A DNA stretch of 64,000 nt from Lama guanicoe (lineage: Eukaryota). The stretch spans positions 4,305,567-4,369,566 of the forward strand of contig MU053629.1 in assembly GCA_013239625.1 (NCBI GenBank), read 5' to 3'. A model generated the notes under the pieces. The model did not search any database. It was not told the origin of the DNA and was given only the letters and a program-made list of their open reading frames with translations. Positions 50,661-64,000 of the stretch are shown one piece after another. Numbering within the stretch: position 1 is the stretch's first letter; every line of letters begins with the position of its first letter. The translations under genes were made by a program, and so were the position numbers.

Positions 50661-51978
50661 ACCCTTATACCATACACAAAAATAAACTCAAAATGGATGA
50701 AAGACTTAAACATAGACAAGATAAAATAAACCTCCTAGAAGAAAACATAGGCAAAATATTATCTGACATACATCTCAACAATGCTCTCCTAGGGCAGTCT
50801 ACCCAAGCAATAGAAATAAAAGCAAGAATAAACAAATGGGACCTGATTAAACTTACAAGCTTCTGCACAGCAAAGGACACCATAAGTAAAACAAAACGAC
50901 AACCTACGGAATGGAAGTAAATTTCTGCAAAAGATGAAACTGACAAAGGCTTGATCTCCAGAACATATAAGCAGCTCATATGACTTAATAAGAAAAAAAC
51001 GAACAACCCAATCCAAAAGTGGGCAGAAGACCTAAACAAGCAATTTTCCAAGGAAGACATACAAATGATCAATAGGCACATGAAAAAATGCTCAATATCA
51101 CTCATTATCAGAGAAATGCAAATCAAAACTCCAATGAGGTATCACCCCCACACCAGTCAGAATGGCCATCATTCAGAAGTCCACAAATGACAAATGCTGG
51201 AGAGGCTGTGGAGAAAAGGGAACCCTCCTACAATGCTGGTGGGAATGCAGTTTGGTGCAGCCACTGTGGAAAACAGTGTGGAGATTCCTCAAAAGACTAG
51301 GAATAGACTCACTGTATGACCCAGGAATCCTGCTCCTGGGCATATATCCAGAAGGGACCCTACTTCAAAAAGATACCTGCACCCCAATGTTCATGGCAGC
51401 ACTATTTACAATAGCCAAGACATGGAAACAGCCTAAATGCCCATCAACAGATGACTGGATAAAGACGAAGTGATATATTTATACAATGGAATACTATTCA
51501 GCCTTAAAATACGACAACATAACGCCATTTGCAGCAACATAGATGGACCTGGAGATCGTCATTCTAAGTGAAGTTAGCCAGAAAGAGAAAGAAAAATACC
51601 ATATGAGATCACTCATATGTGGAATCTAAAAAAAAATAAATTATATGTATGTATGTATTATATATATAAATGCAAAACAGAAACAGAGTCATAGACATAG
51701 AATACAAACTTGTGGTTGCCATGGGGGAGAGGAGTGGGAAGGGACAGACTGAGAGTTTGAAATTTGTATAGATAATGGACAGGAATATGTAGAATAGATA
51801 AAAAGATTATACTGTATAGCACAGGGAAATATATACAAGATCCTGGTAGCTCACAGTGAAAAAGAATGTGACAATGAATATATGTATGTTCATGTATAAC
51901 TGAAAAATTGTGCTCTACACTGGAAATTGACACAAAATTGTAAAGTGACTATAACTCAATAAAAAAAAAGTTTAAAAA
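50661..51978 (+). mobile_element. Young L1 3' 1.3 kb inserted into a MIR
   Basis: 14-bp TSD AAATGGGAGAACTG at 50647-50660 and 51979-51992; ORF2 C-terminal frames with stops/frameshift; MIR halves on both sides. Confidence 0.95.
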
Positions 51979-53519
51979 AAATGGGAGAACTGGGGTTCAA
52001 ACTCAGCTCTATTTAACCTCAAGCTCCTGGCTTATCCTCAACATTGTTACAAATACAAACACGTGAGCTCCCTTGCTATGTGTCCCACAGGGACATTTGC
52101 AACTGGAAAAAAAAAAAAAGCAGCAGAATAAATTCCTGATTTGTCCACTAAGGGCCCTACCTATCCCCAGAATTATCCTCAGATATGTCCCTCTAAACTT
52201 TCCCAAAGAAACTTCTCAGTGCAGTGCTACTGATAAAGGTGACCTTTCTACTTTCTGATTTGTTGCAGTGATACTAACATGGCAATTATGAAGCCACGTT
52301 AGAATTACTGATAACGCACTGGGATATGTTATCATCTGCAGTGCTGTTTTACTGTAACCCGTTACCGTTCAACTGGTTAACATATATATTTTAAAGAGGC
52401 TTATAGTTTACAGTGTACATAAGTTATAGCTAATGGAATAGGTGTTTCAGCATGATATTTGGGGTTATTTCTATCAAAAATGGGCATTAAAAATGGGCCC
52501 TTAGGACTGTATCTTCTAATAACACTGTTTCTTTTTCTATATATACTATTATTTCTTTTACTGAAGTACAGTCAATTACAATGTGTCAATCTCTGGGGTA
52601 CAGCACAATGTCCCAGTCTTGCATATACATACACGTGTTCATTTCCATGGGAAGATTCAATTAGCTAAATATTTATGACCCCCAGCACCTTTTCCAGAAA
52701 CGTAAGCTATTTACAACAGTGAAGACTACTCAGATTGTATTATATGGTATTCCGTGGTTCAGTAACATTTCAGAGGTGGCATCCCATTTCTTAGATCTCT
52801 TTCCCTGGCTTTCAATGGATGCTAACTTTTGGACATGCAGGGAGCCGTCATTCCCTGGCCACCGACTCAGGAGAATAGCGTACAGCAAAGGAAGGGAGGG
52901 CATGAAATTAGCAATTGGCCCACGTGTCTTAAAAATGTCATAAAAATTGGATGGAATGTCGCCTTTGGCACACCCTAGTACTATGAACTGATGTCATCAT
53001 GGCGTATCATAAGAATAACACAGACTCAAACTAAAAAAAGTCTTTTCTCACTAGTGTGCTATTTCATTGCCTCAAATATTTTGATCTTAATGCTACTATG
53101 TGCCAGGCGCTGGAATGCAAATTTCAGTGCGGTAGTTGCTCCCAGTCTGTGCACAGGCATTTGACAGAGTGTGTGGTGAGTGTTAAATTAGAGGTTTGGC
53201 AAAAATACTCCAGTAGGGCCAAGGGGATGTGCCTGATGCCTGGGCTTTGTTGTAACCAGTAAGTACTTCGTCTCCAAAATCTGTTTCAAGCACAGCATCT
53301 CTGACCTCCAAGTCCCAGCCGCCAGCTCACAGAGTATGTCTTTCCAACAATTCTTCAATACAGTAAGGACCTTCAATCCATTGATGTCTCATTATTTCAC
53401 TATTTATCACTGTTGTCTTACTGGACTTTCTTCCTTAGCTAGATTAGATTGCGTGATTGTGGCAGAAATTGTGAGTTCCCAACCCATTATCCACTGCATT
53501 ATTATAAGCTGTGATTTTG

Positions 53520-53815
53520 TTCAGGATGGCATCGGGCCAGGAGGAATACGCTTACTCATTTCTGAGCCTTCCTTGCAACTAAGCACGACCATGCGTCCCA
53601 GTTCTGTCCAGTGAGTACTGAGCAGCAGTCTCCTGGGGTTGGTTCTAAGGGGATGCTTTGCTTTCCTGATAAAAGGATGTAGTAGCCACTGGCCTGTCCC
53701 CTCTCCCCTTTCCTCTTTCTTTCTACCTTGAACACAGACAAGACACCTGGAGTTGCAGCAAGCATTCTGCAACCACGAGGTGAGAAGCCTAAGGACAAAA
53801 GGCAATACTCTGATA
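53520..53815. mobile_element. Old MaLR LTR fragment (MLT1J/K-like)
   Basis: CCTTCCTTGCAACTAAG...CCCAGTTCTGTCCAGTGAG...GCTTTCCTGATAAAAGG...CCTGGAGTTGCAGCA. Confidence 0.7.
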
Positions 53816-56800
53816 TCACATACTCCCGCTTGCCATTTTAAGGTCTAACGCAAATCAGTTGGATTATGACGAAACCCACATATTGCGGTGTTTGGCACAA
53901 AATGGGAGCCGAATAACTATTAGCTCTCTTCGCCAACCTTCCTCTTGTTCTGCAATTCAACTCCTACGGGAATCAGAAAACAAGATGGGCATATCTGAAC
54001 GGAATTAAAGTCTTAAGGTTTTGTGAACCTGAGGCAGCCGGGCTTTTTAGAAGCAGCTTGGGGTTCGGTGATGCTGTAATTGTTGACCCCCTAGTCCTAG
54101 CAGGGAGGCAAGAGGGGATGTCATAAAGCACAGAATGTTAGACTTGAAATAAGAAATTAATGAATAATTACGTTGTAACTGCACTTGAGTTTTAAAGATA
54201 ACCTTTTATTTAGAAGAGTTATCGACAAGAAATCCATGTAATCATCACCCAACTGTAACAGTCACCATAATTTTATCATTCTTATTTCATCTATTCCTTC
54301 TCCTTTTTTTTTTTTTGGTGAAGTCTTTTAAAGCTTCAGAGGTGGTGTGCATTTCTTTTTATAGCATATCAGGAAGTAGTTTGTCTTTTCTCTTTTAATG
54401 ATGTTAAGATTGATCCTTGAGTCTGAGTATTACCAACTGGATCTATCCTCTATCAAGCTCCCGACAACCTTTCACCTAACGGTATTAGCAAACACTGATG
54501 TTCACCTAAACACATTCTTTCATCGGGGACTGCAAAGTTGTGATTTTATCATTCTATCCTTCCTTCTGCACATATTAACTTCTCTGAAGACCTTTCTATT
54601 AGCAACTCTTTGGTGAGTCTGAAAAATAGATTTTTAGGAAAAGAGCAATAAATGCATGATTCTTTTATCAATCTACTTTCAGATTAACTCATCAATTTTA
54701 TCAATTAGGTTTTTTGGGAGGGGGGAAATATTATTAAGAACTCGTGGATTTTTATATATTTGAAGTGTTTCAGTGCATTGCAGGATGATTCGGGGAAGCG
54801 GTAGGTTCCTGAGTAGCACTTTATCATTTGAAACATACTTAGCACACATTAGTCACTTAAACCTCACAAACAACCCTGCGAAGATACGTATTACCACCCA
54901 GGTTTACGAAGTTAAAATCTAGATCACATAGCTTGAACTACGACTTGGTGTCTGTTGTTCTTTTCATGGAATGTAATAATGGTTGAAAGAGTGTCAAAGG
55001 TGACTGGGTTCTTTTTCTCTTTTCCTTTTTTTTCTGGTTTTGAGATTAAACAGCAGACATCTTTAACCAGTGGGAATATGATATTAAGCAATAGACTCTT
55101 TAGAAGGCATTGCTTGGAGCAAACACTGTTGAGAATAATGTGATGCTGTGATAATACTGTAACTTAGTAAATAGCTTGTCTCAACTTTCTTTGTGAAGCA
55201 TTTCAATTTTGATTACTCTGTGTGGGATCTACTGCTCAGATGTATGTCATTTTATGGTCTGCCCATGTCTGGGGAGCTGGCATTATACGCTGCCTAGTGT
55301 TTTTAATTCAGAACTTCTTCTGAAAGAAACCCTAGCCTCTTATACTCAAACCCTAGTTTTAATAGCATAAGCTATTTCCTTCTTATATCGCTTTGTGGGC
55401 ATAGTAATAAAATAAATACCACAAAATCACTGATGAGATGAAAATTGAGCTCCCTGCTTCTGTGCAGCCATGTAGGTAAAACAGTAATTGGCTCTGATAA
55501 TAACTTTTGTTCTTACAAACCAAAGTCTAAATGAGAGTCACATTTGATATATCTGCTTGTAATTACTATCAAAAGGAGAGAATACAAAGTTTAGATTGTT
55601 TAGTGACTCAGGATAAATTAAATACATTGCTATCTTTTCCTGAATGATTTAAGAAAATTTTCTGAAAATATTTCTCTTATTTAGCTTACTGTTGGCAAAA
55701 AACGATCATCTTAAAGAGCATGCTTTTATGCTTAATGGAATGGTTAATTTTGATTTTGTTTTTTAAATCTATAAGTGTTTTTCTTGAAAAAAATCTTATT
55801 TCTGGGTCTGATAATGCAGCTTATGCTCACAAATATTTTTCTGTACATCTCTGCAGATGGTTTGTAAGACAGATTTGGGTTATGAATGTATTTGGTAGTG
55901 ACTTTCAGTAAGACCATTTGATATGTTTATATTATTTAAATATAGGCTCTCAGTATTTTTTAAAAGGGGAATTAAGCCACATGTGCTACATATCATCATT
56001 TTGGTCTACACCTGCTTTGGTGCCAAAAGAGTAAATATTAGTGTATTAATCATTTTCAAGGATCTTTCCATTGCTTTCCATTCCAAGCTAATTAATAAAG
56101 CTAATAAATAAAGAATTGCTATTACAGCCTGTCCTTTCTGTTGGACTTCTATTTATATTTTGATTTCTTTCCAGAAATATGTGCCCAGTGCCATAGAAAT
56201 GGAAAACGTAGAAGGAAACAACTAGATTTTCAGGCCAATTTTAACCAATGATTCTGTATTTGATCATTTCCTTTCAACAAAGTTGATGGAGCATAATAAA
56301 ACTAAGAAAACGGCTGTGGTCCACCGAGCCAATGATCCCAGAATTAAAAAGTTCTGACCAAGCTTAGGCATAATAGATGAAGCTATTACCATCAATTGTA
56401 TCCAGAATAAACATTTAAAAAAAACCCACCCTAATTACAGAAACCACATCCAGTCAATATAATACATATTAACAATTTCCTGATCCTTGGTAGAATGGAA
56501 ATTATTCTGCAAGTTTAATTAAGGAGGAAAAAATTATGTTCAGGTATTAATTTCAATAAAAGAGGCACTCAGCTTCCATGCAGAAACCACGGAGTGGTGC
56601 TGTAAGTGTGGGTTACCCCCAGAAGGAAAGCCATTTATAATTAGGCACTATGTTATTTTTGTTACCATGTGTACTTCAAGGAAAAGGGAAGAGCTGTGTC
56701 TTATTTGCAACCTGTGTCCCTGCATGGGTTAAATAAAGTGGACAGTAGAGTCACAGTTGTTTGGAGATTTGGTGTTTCTGTAGTCTTCCCCTTCACTGTG

Positions 56801-56984
56801 ACCTCAGGCACAGACCATTCACAAACGCTTACGATCAACGAAATGACCACAGCACGAGCTAATCTGTCTGGTTCCTGTAACTGTTTTAATAATTGCATCC
56901 GATCACCCTCAGAACTGACACTCCATTGAAAGGAAATCAGAGTTTTTAATTGCTCACAACATCTCCTTTTAAAAAAGTCACCAA

Positions 56985-57205
56985 TTCCACATGTTGTAGG
57001 ATGCCATTTATAAGAAATGTCTAGAAATGGGCACACCCAAGAGAAAGAAAGTCGATTAGCAGTTGTCAGATGCTGGGAGGAGGAAGAAATGAGCAGTGAT
57101 TGTTAATGGTATGAGGTTCCTTTTTGGGATAATGAAAATGTTCTGGAATTAAGGTAAGGGTGATGGTTATACAACATTGTGAATATGCTAAAACCCACTG
57201 AATTG
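56985..57205 (+). mobile_element. L1MB-like 3' UTR fragment
   Basis: TTTTTGGGATAATGAAAATGTTCTGGAATTA...ACATTGTGAATATGCTAAAACCCACTGAATTG. Confidence 0.8.
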
Positions 57206-58116
57206 AAAAAGTCACAAAAGACTTCAGAAACTGCTGGCGCTACCATAGTCCTCAAGCATCAATTTGCCTTTTAGCAACAAATCTTAGAAGGCAAAGCAGG
57301 GGAGGCGGGGCCTGGGGGGGTGATAGTTCTTTAAGAGACAGAAGTCTAACCGCTGCAATTGGCAAATAAAGAAACTGGCTTCCAGAGACGGGAGCTGACT
57401 CACCCAAGGTCACAGGCAGGCAGGCCAGGGGGGAGCAAGACGAGGGCTCCAGTCACCCATCCAGCACCCCTGCCCACCCCCACTGAGCTGCCCACTCTGG
57501 TGGTTTGTCTTTAAGCATCCCAGCAATAACTCGTTTGAAATTATTTTAAACGAGGAATACGTAGCTCAAACGAGATGCGTTTCTTTTTTCCTAGCGAAAG
57601 CATATATTTTTCCTACAGATAGCAAAACCTCTGTGAAGGAGTAGATGCATTTGTTGTGGTAAATTTCCCAAGTCCAAACGGAATGGTAACTGTAAATGTC
57701 CCTTGAGGAAAGTGGCCACATGAACAGCCCAAGGGAGCCCTCTACCTGCATAGCTGTAGTATAGATTTCTTGGCTAAAATTCTTGACCTGGAAAGCTGAA
57801 CATAAACAGAGACCAGGTATTCCATCCTTTGTCCACCTTGGTTGGCTTCTAGCACTATTTCTGAGAAAAATGAATGGTGTCCGAGGGTAGACTTTTATGA
57901 GCAATAGGATACCCAGAGGAAAATCTGCAGAAAATTCCTTGTCTATGAATAAAAGACTAATTAGTCACCTAAATAAAAGTCTCAAATATTTTTTTCCAGT
58001 GAGAATTATATTAAAATAATTATTCTCAAAGAACTTTATACTCCTTTGAGGATATAAAATGTTAGTCAGCATTTTTGTTCATCCGGCATGAAAGTTGCAT
58101 TGTTTCTTTGTTTCAG

Positions 58117-58233
58117 CGAAAGATAGGGCTGAATGTAAAAATCACGCAGGCTCCTGAAAACATCCGCCACAGAGCTGCTGTAAATACGACCCATGGAATC
58201 AGTTTGCCATATATTAATCAGAGAAAAGCAAGT
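58117..58233 (+). CDS. IQCH: Probable IQCH coding exon 5 (RKIGLNVKITQAPENIRHRAAVNTTHGISLPYINQRKAS), 117 nt, symmetric phase 0
   Basis: Strong TTTCTTTGTTTCAG acceptor, AGT|GTAAGT donor, 39 open codons in frame with exon 4; resembles a segment of IQCH orthologues as recalled. Confidence 0.82.
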
Positions 58234-61200
58234 GTAAGTAATGAGTTGTTTTAATGAGCTTTAATTTTTTTTTTTAGAATTAGAAGTTATTTATTAGCAG
58301 TATAAGATGCCATGTGGATTTTAAGTAAAGATTTTGATCCTTTTGTCCTTAGAAGATTTTTTGGAGATGAGATGGAGTGGCTTTCATTCTGTTTATAATT
58401 AGAAATGATTAAGAAAGTGTAAACCTCTTTTTAAAAGATCTGTTGATAGCTCATTCCAATTTCTCTACTGTATCTGTTATTCCTAAATAATCTAAGACCG
58501 TCATTTTAACAGGAGGAAATAAGCTAACAGACGGAATTAATACAGAGATGTTAAATATTTTATTTCTTGTATAAGCTTCCAGTGGAAAAGGCACAGTGTC
58601 AGCCTCCATGGTGTATACTCATACAATACGCAGAATTTTAAGAATATTATTCTAAATCTGAAGAAAGCAGGGATTAATCCTTTATGTCAGCAAAATGATG
58701 AGAAGGAAGAATAGTGACATGGAGATGGACATTAAGGAATCTCATAGTCTGTTTCTATTTTTGCCATTGGCTTGCTGCTAAGTGTCCCAAAGCAAGGATC
58801 GTAATCTTTCTGTGTGGCGGGGTTTTCTTAGGAGAGTCAAGAGTAGTGCTTCATTTTAATGGGAAAATTATTTCATTTGAGATCATTTCTAATACGAGAA
58901 CAATTACTGAAGTGACATCTACACATTTTTAAGTACATTTTTAAACCTTCGGCTTCTCTCAAAAGCTCTTAAATGTATCCTTCAGTGAAATCAAAACTAA
59001 AAACGAGATTAATTTTAGGGTTAAACTGCAAACCCATTTCTAACCGGCATAATAGTTGCTTAGATTAATCTTCTAAATTTCCTACACAGACATTTTCAGC
59101 TGCCTACTTCATTCATGAAGCCCTGAAAATATATTTTTAGTTTCTTTATATGTGCTTTATGTTATTTTAACAGGCTTGGTTTAAGAGCACTTTATCATAG
59201 AAATACTTTTATAGCCTAAGAAATAACCAGAAAGTTAGATATTTTTATCCTGCTGAAACTTTATTTAAAATGTCACTGTGAATAATGTGCGAGGGTTTTT
59301 ATCTGCTTCCCGTGAGCCCAAAGCCCTTGAAATAAAAATATTATTTCTCTGGCCGCACAGACAGAAGCAGACTTCTCTTTTGTTGTTGTTGGTTTTCCCC
59401 TCCAATCTAGAATTAATATTGGCTTAGCTGGTGGAGCGCTAAGTTTTTGTAGCCCAAGGCAACTGCAGCATTTCATGCAAACTTTTTCTGATGAGTATTG
59501 AAGTTTAAAAAGGCAGACCTCGCGACTGAGACGGCCTGAAGCTTTGCTTTAATGAACCTGCGTAAAGCTTCAGACATAAACAGGGAATTCAAAATTATAG
59601 CCAAAGTTGGGGCAGAATCTTAATTATTTATTATATATTTTTTTCAAATCTCCAAATAGGATGAGTGCCTTGGATATTGTGCCCATGTCCTCTGAACACG
59701 GAGGATCTGGGAGAGCACTTGACCTTGCATAACATATAGATACTGCATACTCACTTATCGTATTTAAGATCCCTTTTTCCCATACAGCTTGCCTCCATAA
59801 AAATCCACACCAGAGCACTTTAAAATGTATGTATCTTATGTACGTCTTGCTCAAACTTGTGGCATTTTAACCAAAATAGTTGACCCTATCATCTTAGGTT
59901 GATACGTGGATCTATGATGGTACGAAGTGAAAAACAATTTCATTTTAGTTTTGTAAAATAGAAGCGCTGTGCAAAAAGTCCCGTGAAAGAAATATTCCAG
60001 CGTTTGGTTTTAAACAATCAACGTAGAATACTTGGGAATAAATACAGTTGTGATTCACCACGTATAAAAACATGTTTTTGAAAGCACTTGTCCTGATCTG
60101 AAGCAATGTGCCCAGTGCTATGATGTATAGCTAATTGGAAAAGCAGAAGCAGGAGGGCTAATTGCTTTTTAGAAATACTCTAAACGCTCAGGGGGGATTA
60201 CTATTTGGCTGCCGAGGGCCATGTGCTTCCTTACTTCTTATGAAACTTGGACAGCCTGTCAAACGCCTATAAATAGTCTTGGACGTTTTTGACAGCAAAT
60301 TTGAATATGTTGCTGATTTACATGATCGGTTCCCAGATATTGGTATTTGCTTCCATTTTATGAAGAGGTGCATCCTTTCTGATAATAATGGGCTGATGTG
60401 AAGATTTTAGTGCGCTGAAGACACGTAATTCAGACACACACACACACACACACCCCTGCAGCCATACACATACACACCATGCACACTCAGCCCCCGCAGA
60501 ACTGCCTTCAGGGCTGTATATCCTGTAACTCTTTTGTGTAAAAGCCGTTTACAAAAAAAGTATTAAAAGTGAAAGTCACTGATTTTTTTTTTCAATATCG
60601 TAAATCTGCCAAATTGAAAACAAAAACCCTCCAACATGTTTCTGACGTTAAGAGCCTTACAGGTTTGGCAAGACCAAGAGAAATGTGGTACTGTGTGTAC
60701 TTACTCACTGACATTTTACTCCAGTCAGACTTCTTTCTAATGCAACACATTAAAAGATCTACAGAAAATTTGACTTTGATTTATTTTTTTTAAATGAGAA
60801 GGGTTTCTTAAAAGGCTTGAAACATGTATCTGTTAACATGAATTTTAAAAGAACGATTATGAATGCATAACAAAATAGCCAAACAAAACATTGCTTGGAG
60901 TTGCTGCACAAATAACTCCGATTATAACTGTTATGACCTAGAAAAGAATCATACAAACATTTTTCTTTCTGGCAACGTATGAGTTGCTGTAGAATTATAC
61001 CAGTTCTTTGGTCCCACTTTCCAAATAAATAAATATATAATGCAATGTAAACTTAGAATCTTTTATTTATTCATGAGGTTGAATTTAATACTATTATGAT
61101 TTCAAGATTTTATGAGTCATATGTTATGCAGTGTTTTTCACTAACTTGGTTGGGTAGCACCCACACTTCACAAATCATAGTTTCATTCTTTACTGTTTCA

Positions 61201-62730
61201 CTTGGGGTGTACACAGTAATCTCTCTCACTGAAAGAAAGCACGTTCATTTCTGAGATGATAAAGTGATGGAAAGTGAGGCAATTGTGTTAATGTCAAATG
61301 ATTAGAAGAAGCCCCAGAAGTAAGGGGTGGGGTGAGGAGGGGGGAGGGAGAAAGAAGGACGATTTCCAAACGTGATTGTGTTTTAAGCCCATGCATATGG
61401 CCACAGTTACAGTCACAACATAATTTGGCAACGGTAGCAGAATTAGATTTAAACAAATTGATGTTACACTGCAGTAATTCAGAATGAGCTTGTTGCATTT
61501 ATAAACCATAACAAGAAGCAGAGTGAATTAATAAGCCCTTCTTGTCACTAAAAATAAAAAAGGAAATAATTGCTGAGATGGAGTTAACTTAACAGATGAC
61601 TATAGTCAGCATCCTTTCAGCCTCGATACGGGAAAGTGAAGGTCACCCCCATCTCGGATGACAAAGAGGGAACATTTTTGTTGGTAAACAAATTAATCTT
61701 TTGAAAGGTCGCCATTTGTTTTAAGTTTTTATCCAGTCCTTGTCATCTGGAATCAGAGATTGACTGTCAGTTCACCAGGCAGGGGTGCAGCTGAAGCAGA
61801 CAGAGCTGCGTCTGTACAGAACAGCATTCCTTGACAAAACTCGGTGCCTGATTGTGATGCTATGGGCTGCTGGTTTACAGCTGTCTCCGGACAAGAATGG
61901 AGGCCCACCCCTGAATTCCAATAAGATGGGCCTGCATATTCCGCCTGCTGTAAGCTGGCCCTCTGCCCGCAAGTAAAATGTATTGTGGTTGGAGCCAGCA
62001 ATTATCTCTCTTACTTCCTTCTGTGCTGCTTCTGTTCCTTTTTTCCAAAAACAGATGTGGGTATTCACTCAGGTTCTGCATCCATTCTTCCTCACACCTG
62101 CCGGGGCAGAGTTTGGGCAGGGGTAGAGTTGGCGGGGGCCAGTAGACAACAATCAGATGTAATTTCTTTGAGCGCACTTTCAAAAGGGAGCGTTGATTTT
62201 TCAGGAAATGTGGAGTCAGCATCTTGGTCCCCCTCCCTTTTCCCAGGAGCATGTGGTAAATTAAATTAGTTGAACAAAAGGAGATAGCTTTCAAGACATT
62301 CAGAAATGCCACATCCCACTTATGACACACGGTCGTTATCCAAGGACCGCGACGGTGTGATCAGCATTCTCAATTCTGTCGTTAAAGAGAGCTTTCTCCT
62401 CAGGTCGCTTAGAAAGAGTTTTCAAGAAAACAGTGACTTTTCATGTTTGTCTTGACTCACAGCCTACGAAATGTGTTCCACCAACATGATAGTGGTGATG
62501 GTGAGAAGTAGTGTATTGGCTTTGTGTGTTGTTGCCACTGAGAATTTTAGTTCTGCTTGGGTTGTAGTGCTGGGTGGGACAGCTGAAGAGAGTGATGTGA
62601 CAAATGTCACTGGTTCATGTCCGGCTCTCTCACAAACGTCTATTACTCTGGGAGTGGGGACAGGCAATTAGAGACCATGCCATCATCAGCTAACGTTCAT
62701 GAAACATCTAGCTGTAGTGAGTTCTCCAAC

Positions 62731-63342
62731 TTTTTTTTTTAATTGAAGTATAGTCAGTTACAGTATGTCAGTTTCTGGTGTGCAGCACAATGTCCCAGTC
62801 GTGTGTGTATATATATATCTACACACACACATATATTCATTTTCATATTCTTTGTCATTAAAGGTTATTATAAGATATTAATGTAGTTCCCTGTGCTATA
62901 CAGAAGAAATTTGTCTTTTATCTATTTTTATATATAGTGGTTGACATTTACAATTCTCAAACTCTCAAATTTATCCCTTCCTACCCTCTTTCCCCAATAA
63001 CCTTAAGATTGTGAGTCTGATTCTTTTGTAGACAAGTTCATTACTGTCCTCTTTCTTCTTCTTTTTTTAGATTCCACATATGAGTGATGTCATATGGTAT
63101 TTTTCTTTCTCTTTCTGGCTTACTTCACTTAGAATGACAATCTCCAGGTCCATCCACGTTGCAGCAAATGGCATAATTTTATTCTTTTATATGGCTGAGT
63201 AGTATTCCATTGTATAAATATACCACAACTTCTTTATCCAGTCATCTGTCGATGGACATCTGGGTTGCTTCCATGTCTTGGCTGTTGTATGTAGTGCTGC
63301 TGTGAACATTGGGGTGCAGGTGTCTTTTAGAATTAGAGCTCT
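62731..63342 (-). mobile_element. L1 3' end (lineage-specific)
   Basis: Poly-T plus [50 protein letters not shown]. Confidence 0.92.
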
Positions 63343-63668
63343 CCTTGAGAAGGCTGTATTCCTCGAGTTTCTGTGCTGAGACCCTGCACACATTCCCAAA
63401 CCAACCCCACAGGGAAATTTTTAGCTCTGATAGTGATTCCTGTTCAGACTGCCCAGTGTGTGTTCTTACTAGAAGGGGACCCTCCCAGAAACAGCCTCCA
63501 TTCCCTCATGTGTAAAATGTCGGAAAGAATATCTTGTAGGATTGTATTGAGATTTAAATGAGATAATTCAAAGCACTCAGCAAAGGTCCTGGTACAAATA
63601 TTAGTTCTGCTCTGAAAATATTAGTTATGATTATTGGCAATGTTCACATATTGTATTATGCCATATTT

Positions 63669-63855
63669 CTCCCCCTTACCCCCAGTGGCTTGTCAATTCA
63701 CTTTTTTCTTTCTTTTTTTTGGTGGTGTGGGGGGAGGTTAACTAGGTTTATTTATTTATTTAAAAAATTTTTTTAGTGGAGGTACTGGGGATTGAACCCA
63801 GGACCTTGTGCGTGCTAAGCATGTGCTCCACCACTGAGCTATACCCTACCCCTAC
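63669..63855 (-). mobile_element. tRNA-Ala-derived SINE (63702-63852) plus 33 nt of extra 3' sequence inside the TSD
   Basis: TSD TGTATTATGCCAT(A/G)TTT at 63652-63668 and 63856-63872. Confidence 0.85.
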
Positions 63856-64000
63856 TGTATTATGCCATGTTTTATACCATCATTTAAAGCTTACATTCTT
63901 GTAGAGGCTGAGAGGTAGAACCAAGATATTACTGAGGTCCCTGGCAGGGATTCTGTTTAATATTTCACACGACAATGCCTTCTTTCCCCTGCCGATATGA

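Overview
Mammalian genomic DNA, most likely camelid, inferred from seven tRNA-Ala-derived Vic-1-like SINEs and the young L1 subfamily. The window holds the head-to-head gene pair AAGAB (minus strand, coding exons 1-5, 535 nt, continuing off the left edge) and IQCH (plus strand, five coding exons, 501 nt, continuing off the right edge). Their ATGs are 266 nt apart in a CpG island containing a perfect palindromic RFX X-box. The rest is intronic and rich in repeats (L1 of several ages, many with intact TSDs; SINEs; MIR/L2; MLT1/MER21 LTRs; MER2/MER20/MER5 DNA transposons). I see no clearly new multi-gene system. The most unusual items are: a Mutator-like (MULE) transposon fossil with TIRs, a 9-bp TSD and transposase remnant (46014-46872); an X-box that is also a Kozak ATG on both strands and in frame with IQCH; frame-closed exon blocks (AAGAB 2-5, IQCH 2-4) flanked by lineage-specific inverted repeats (circRNA candidates); an internally deleted L1 inside one TSD pair; and a SINE with an apparent 3' transduction. 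Repeat family names and human comparisons come from memory of consensus sequences, not from a search.
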